Assembly: GCA_949282305.1 (NCBI GenBank)
Contig: CASDPB010000036.1
Coordinates: forward strand, 66,425 to 130,424
Source of the DNA: an uncultured Lentisphaeria bacterium
Lineage (GTDB): Bacteria > Verrucomicrobiota > Lentisphaeria > Victivallales > UBA1829
Length of the DNA: 64,000 nt
Direction of reading: 5' to 3'
Positions 62,956 to 64,000 of the stretch are shown piece by piece. The notes below the pieces were generated by a model. That model ran no database searches. It was given only the letters and a program-made list of their open reading frames with translations, and was not told the origin of the DNA. Position numbers and translations under genes: made by a program. How positions within the stretch are numbered: the first letter of the stretch is position 1; each line of letters opens with the position of its first letter.

Positions 62956-63447
62956 TTAATTTCTATCGTTTCCTGCGAATCTTGCAATTACTGCGGAAAT
63001 ATCCGGATTTCCGTAAATATCCAAATCTGTATTACCATTTTTCAAAGGAAGTGAATACAAGGGGAATATCTTATAACATGCCTCGTCAGATTCGATATGA
63101 AGAGATTCCGGATATCCACGAATAAAAAAATGCGAAGATTCAAATCCCATAGAATATGAATAGGATGCTCCCAAATATTTTTCCCCTATTATAAATTTTT
63201 GAACATCGGAAAAAATAATCTCAAAAGCGGGGTGTTTTTTATCTTGGGAATGAAACAGCAATTTGATATGCAAGCCTGTGTTATCCAGCATTGTTCTATC
63301 AGAAAATACACATGCATCATATAGAAGCCTGATCTCATGGCAGCAACAATCATGAAAATTATCTATTTCCGCAAGAAAATCATCAACACTGTCCTGCCCT
63401 TCAAACAGTTTATATCCTGTTTCTAATTCAAAAAGAGATGTGTTCAT
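62956..63447 (-). CDS. hypothetical protein
   Basis: ATG 63447 is preceded by AAGGGAG and gives MNTSLFELETGYKLFEGQDSVDDFLAEIDNFHDCCCHEIRLLYDACVF..LHIKLLFHSQ... The track ORF starts at TTG 63495. Confidence 0.6.
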   Translation of the reverse strand: MNTSLFELETGYKLFEGQDSVDDFLAEIDNFHDCCCHEIRLLYDACVFSDRTMLDNTGLHIKLLFHSQDKKHPAFEIIFSDVQKFIIGEKYLGASYSYSMGFESSHFFIRGYPESLHIESDEACYKIFPLYSLPLKNGNTDLDIYGNPDISAVIARFAGNDRN

Positions 63448-63498
63448 TTCGTTCTCCCTTGTCTTCACAGTCTGCATCAATATCTTTACAGACAATGC

Positions 63499-63804
63499 TC
63501 ATTCAAACTCTTTTGCTTCTGTCACTGTTAATTTCAATATGTGGCAAGAGAATGTTTTCCTCTCAGCGTAATGTAGCCATACAATAGAAAATTTCAAGGA
63601 GCAGAAGATTCCATCGTTCCACCATTTGCCGGCGGCAGGAAAAATCATGCTGAAGACTCCTTGAAACGTTCCGGTTGTTCCGGCAAAATCCTGTCCGGCG
63701 GTTCTTCGATTGTTTTCCGATTTCATGCCAGGACTTTGAACAACGGCAGATTTGACATCAGCGAAACGCACATTCGACTGCCGTTTCCCGTTCAACTGAA
63801 TCAC
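63499..63804 (-). CDS. doubtful 101-aa ORF (GTG start) of unknown nature
   Basis: GTG start with no RBS seen. The composition shifts within the ORF. It sits between a possible transposase fragment and the last small island gene. Confidence 0.25.
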   Translation of the reverse strand: MIQLNGKRQSNVRFADVKSAVVQSPGMKSENNRRTAGQDFAGTTGTFQGVFSMIFPAAGKWWNDGIFCSLKFSIVWLHYAERKTFSCHILKLTVTEAKEFE

Positions 63805-63861
63805 ATGCTGACACCTGATGTCTGCAACAGGCAGAGAATGAATCTGGAGAGTCAGGACAGT

Positions 63862-64000
63862 TCAGATACCTTCGGGATACTGCATGTTTGTCTCGATGAT
63901 CACCGCTTCGGAGCGGATGATGTCCTGCTTTTTACCCGCCGGACCATTTGTGAATATATTCAGATTTTATGCAATCCCATGTTTGCAGACTTGATTTTTT
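63862..64000 (-). pseudogene. possible IS4/IS5-type (DDE_Tnp_1) transposase fragment, runs to the right edge
   Basis: The minus strand reads GKKQDIIRSEAVIIETNMQYPEGI*, resembling the first-Asp region ..lriDSTvvEtNIhYPTDs.. of IS5/IS1182-like transposases with the Asp lost. The upstream part needs a frameshift. This is weak evidence. Confidence 0.3.

Noticed and set aside
62628-63125. 165-aa plus-strand ORF in the AT-rich island.
   Set aside because: It runs antisense into 62956-63447, has no RBS and breaks the uniform minus-strand organisation. The region is more likely a decayed minus-strand gene.

Overview
The window is a 64-kb stretch of a GC-rich bacterial chromosome. All calls come from reading the sequence and ORF translations; no searches were run, so family names are motif recognition from memory.

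Likely source (inference): a PVC-superphylum organism, Lentisphaerota/Victivallales-like. Support is four pilin-like '[23 protein letters not shown] ... H-X9-DG' (DUF1559-type) genes, a 706-aa long-form GreA of the kind known from Chlamydiae, and many CAZyme operons.

Content:
- Glycan-utilisation loci, each with its own regulator and, in three of the four, a pilin-like gene:
  - 1-6341: GntR-type regulator, DUF4838, pilin-like, GH28, GH78-like.
  - 23941-37680: DeoR regulator plus a 9-gene cytoplasmic catabolic operon, with no pilin-like gene.
  - 38101-44665: secreted beta-helix protein, pilin-like, LacI regulator, alpha-galactosidase-like.
  - 46901-56964: GntR-type regulator, two pilin-like genes, two 842-aa secreted paralogs of unknown function, a PHP phosphoesterase.
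- A housekeeping block at 13116-23879 (secA, pyrE, metallophosphoesterase, long greA, dus, waaG-like), plus ferritin, mutY and a guaA with a vestigial glutamine-amidotransferase domain.
- Two visibly AT-rich islands (about 6844-12700 and 58590-64000). They are packed with small same-strand ORFs of unknown function and with TPR and HEAT repeat proteins, and are punctuated by decayed IS elements: three copies of one IS3-family derivative, an IS256 fragment and a possible IS4/IS5-type fragment.
- A candidate 75-nt structured sRNA with a near-consensus promoter and a terminator-like tail at 37858-37966.

I recognised no rRNA, tRNA or CRISPR array. Many long ORFs in the track are antisense shadows typical of GC-rich DNA. 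Many listed ORFs also carry spurious N-terminal extensions because the track starts at the first ATG/GTG/TTG; I re-assigned starts where the sequence supports it.
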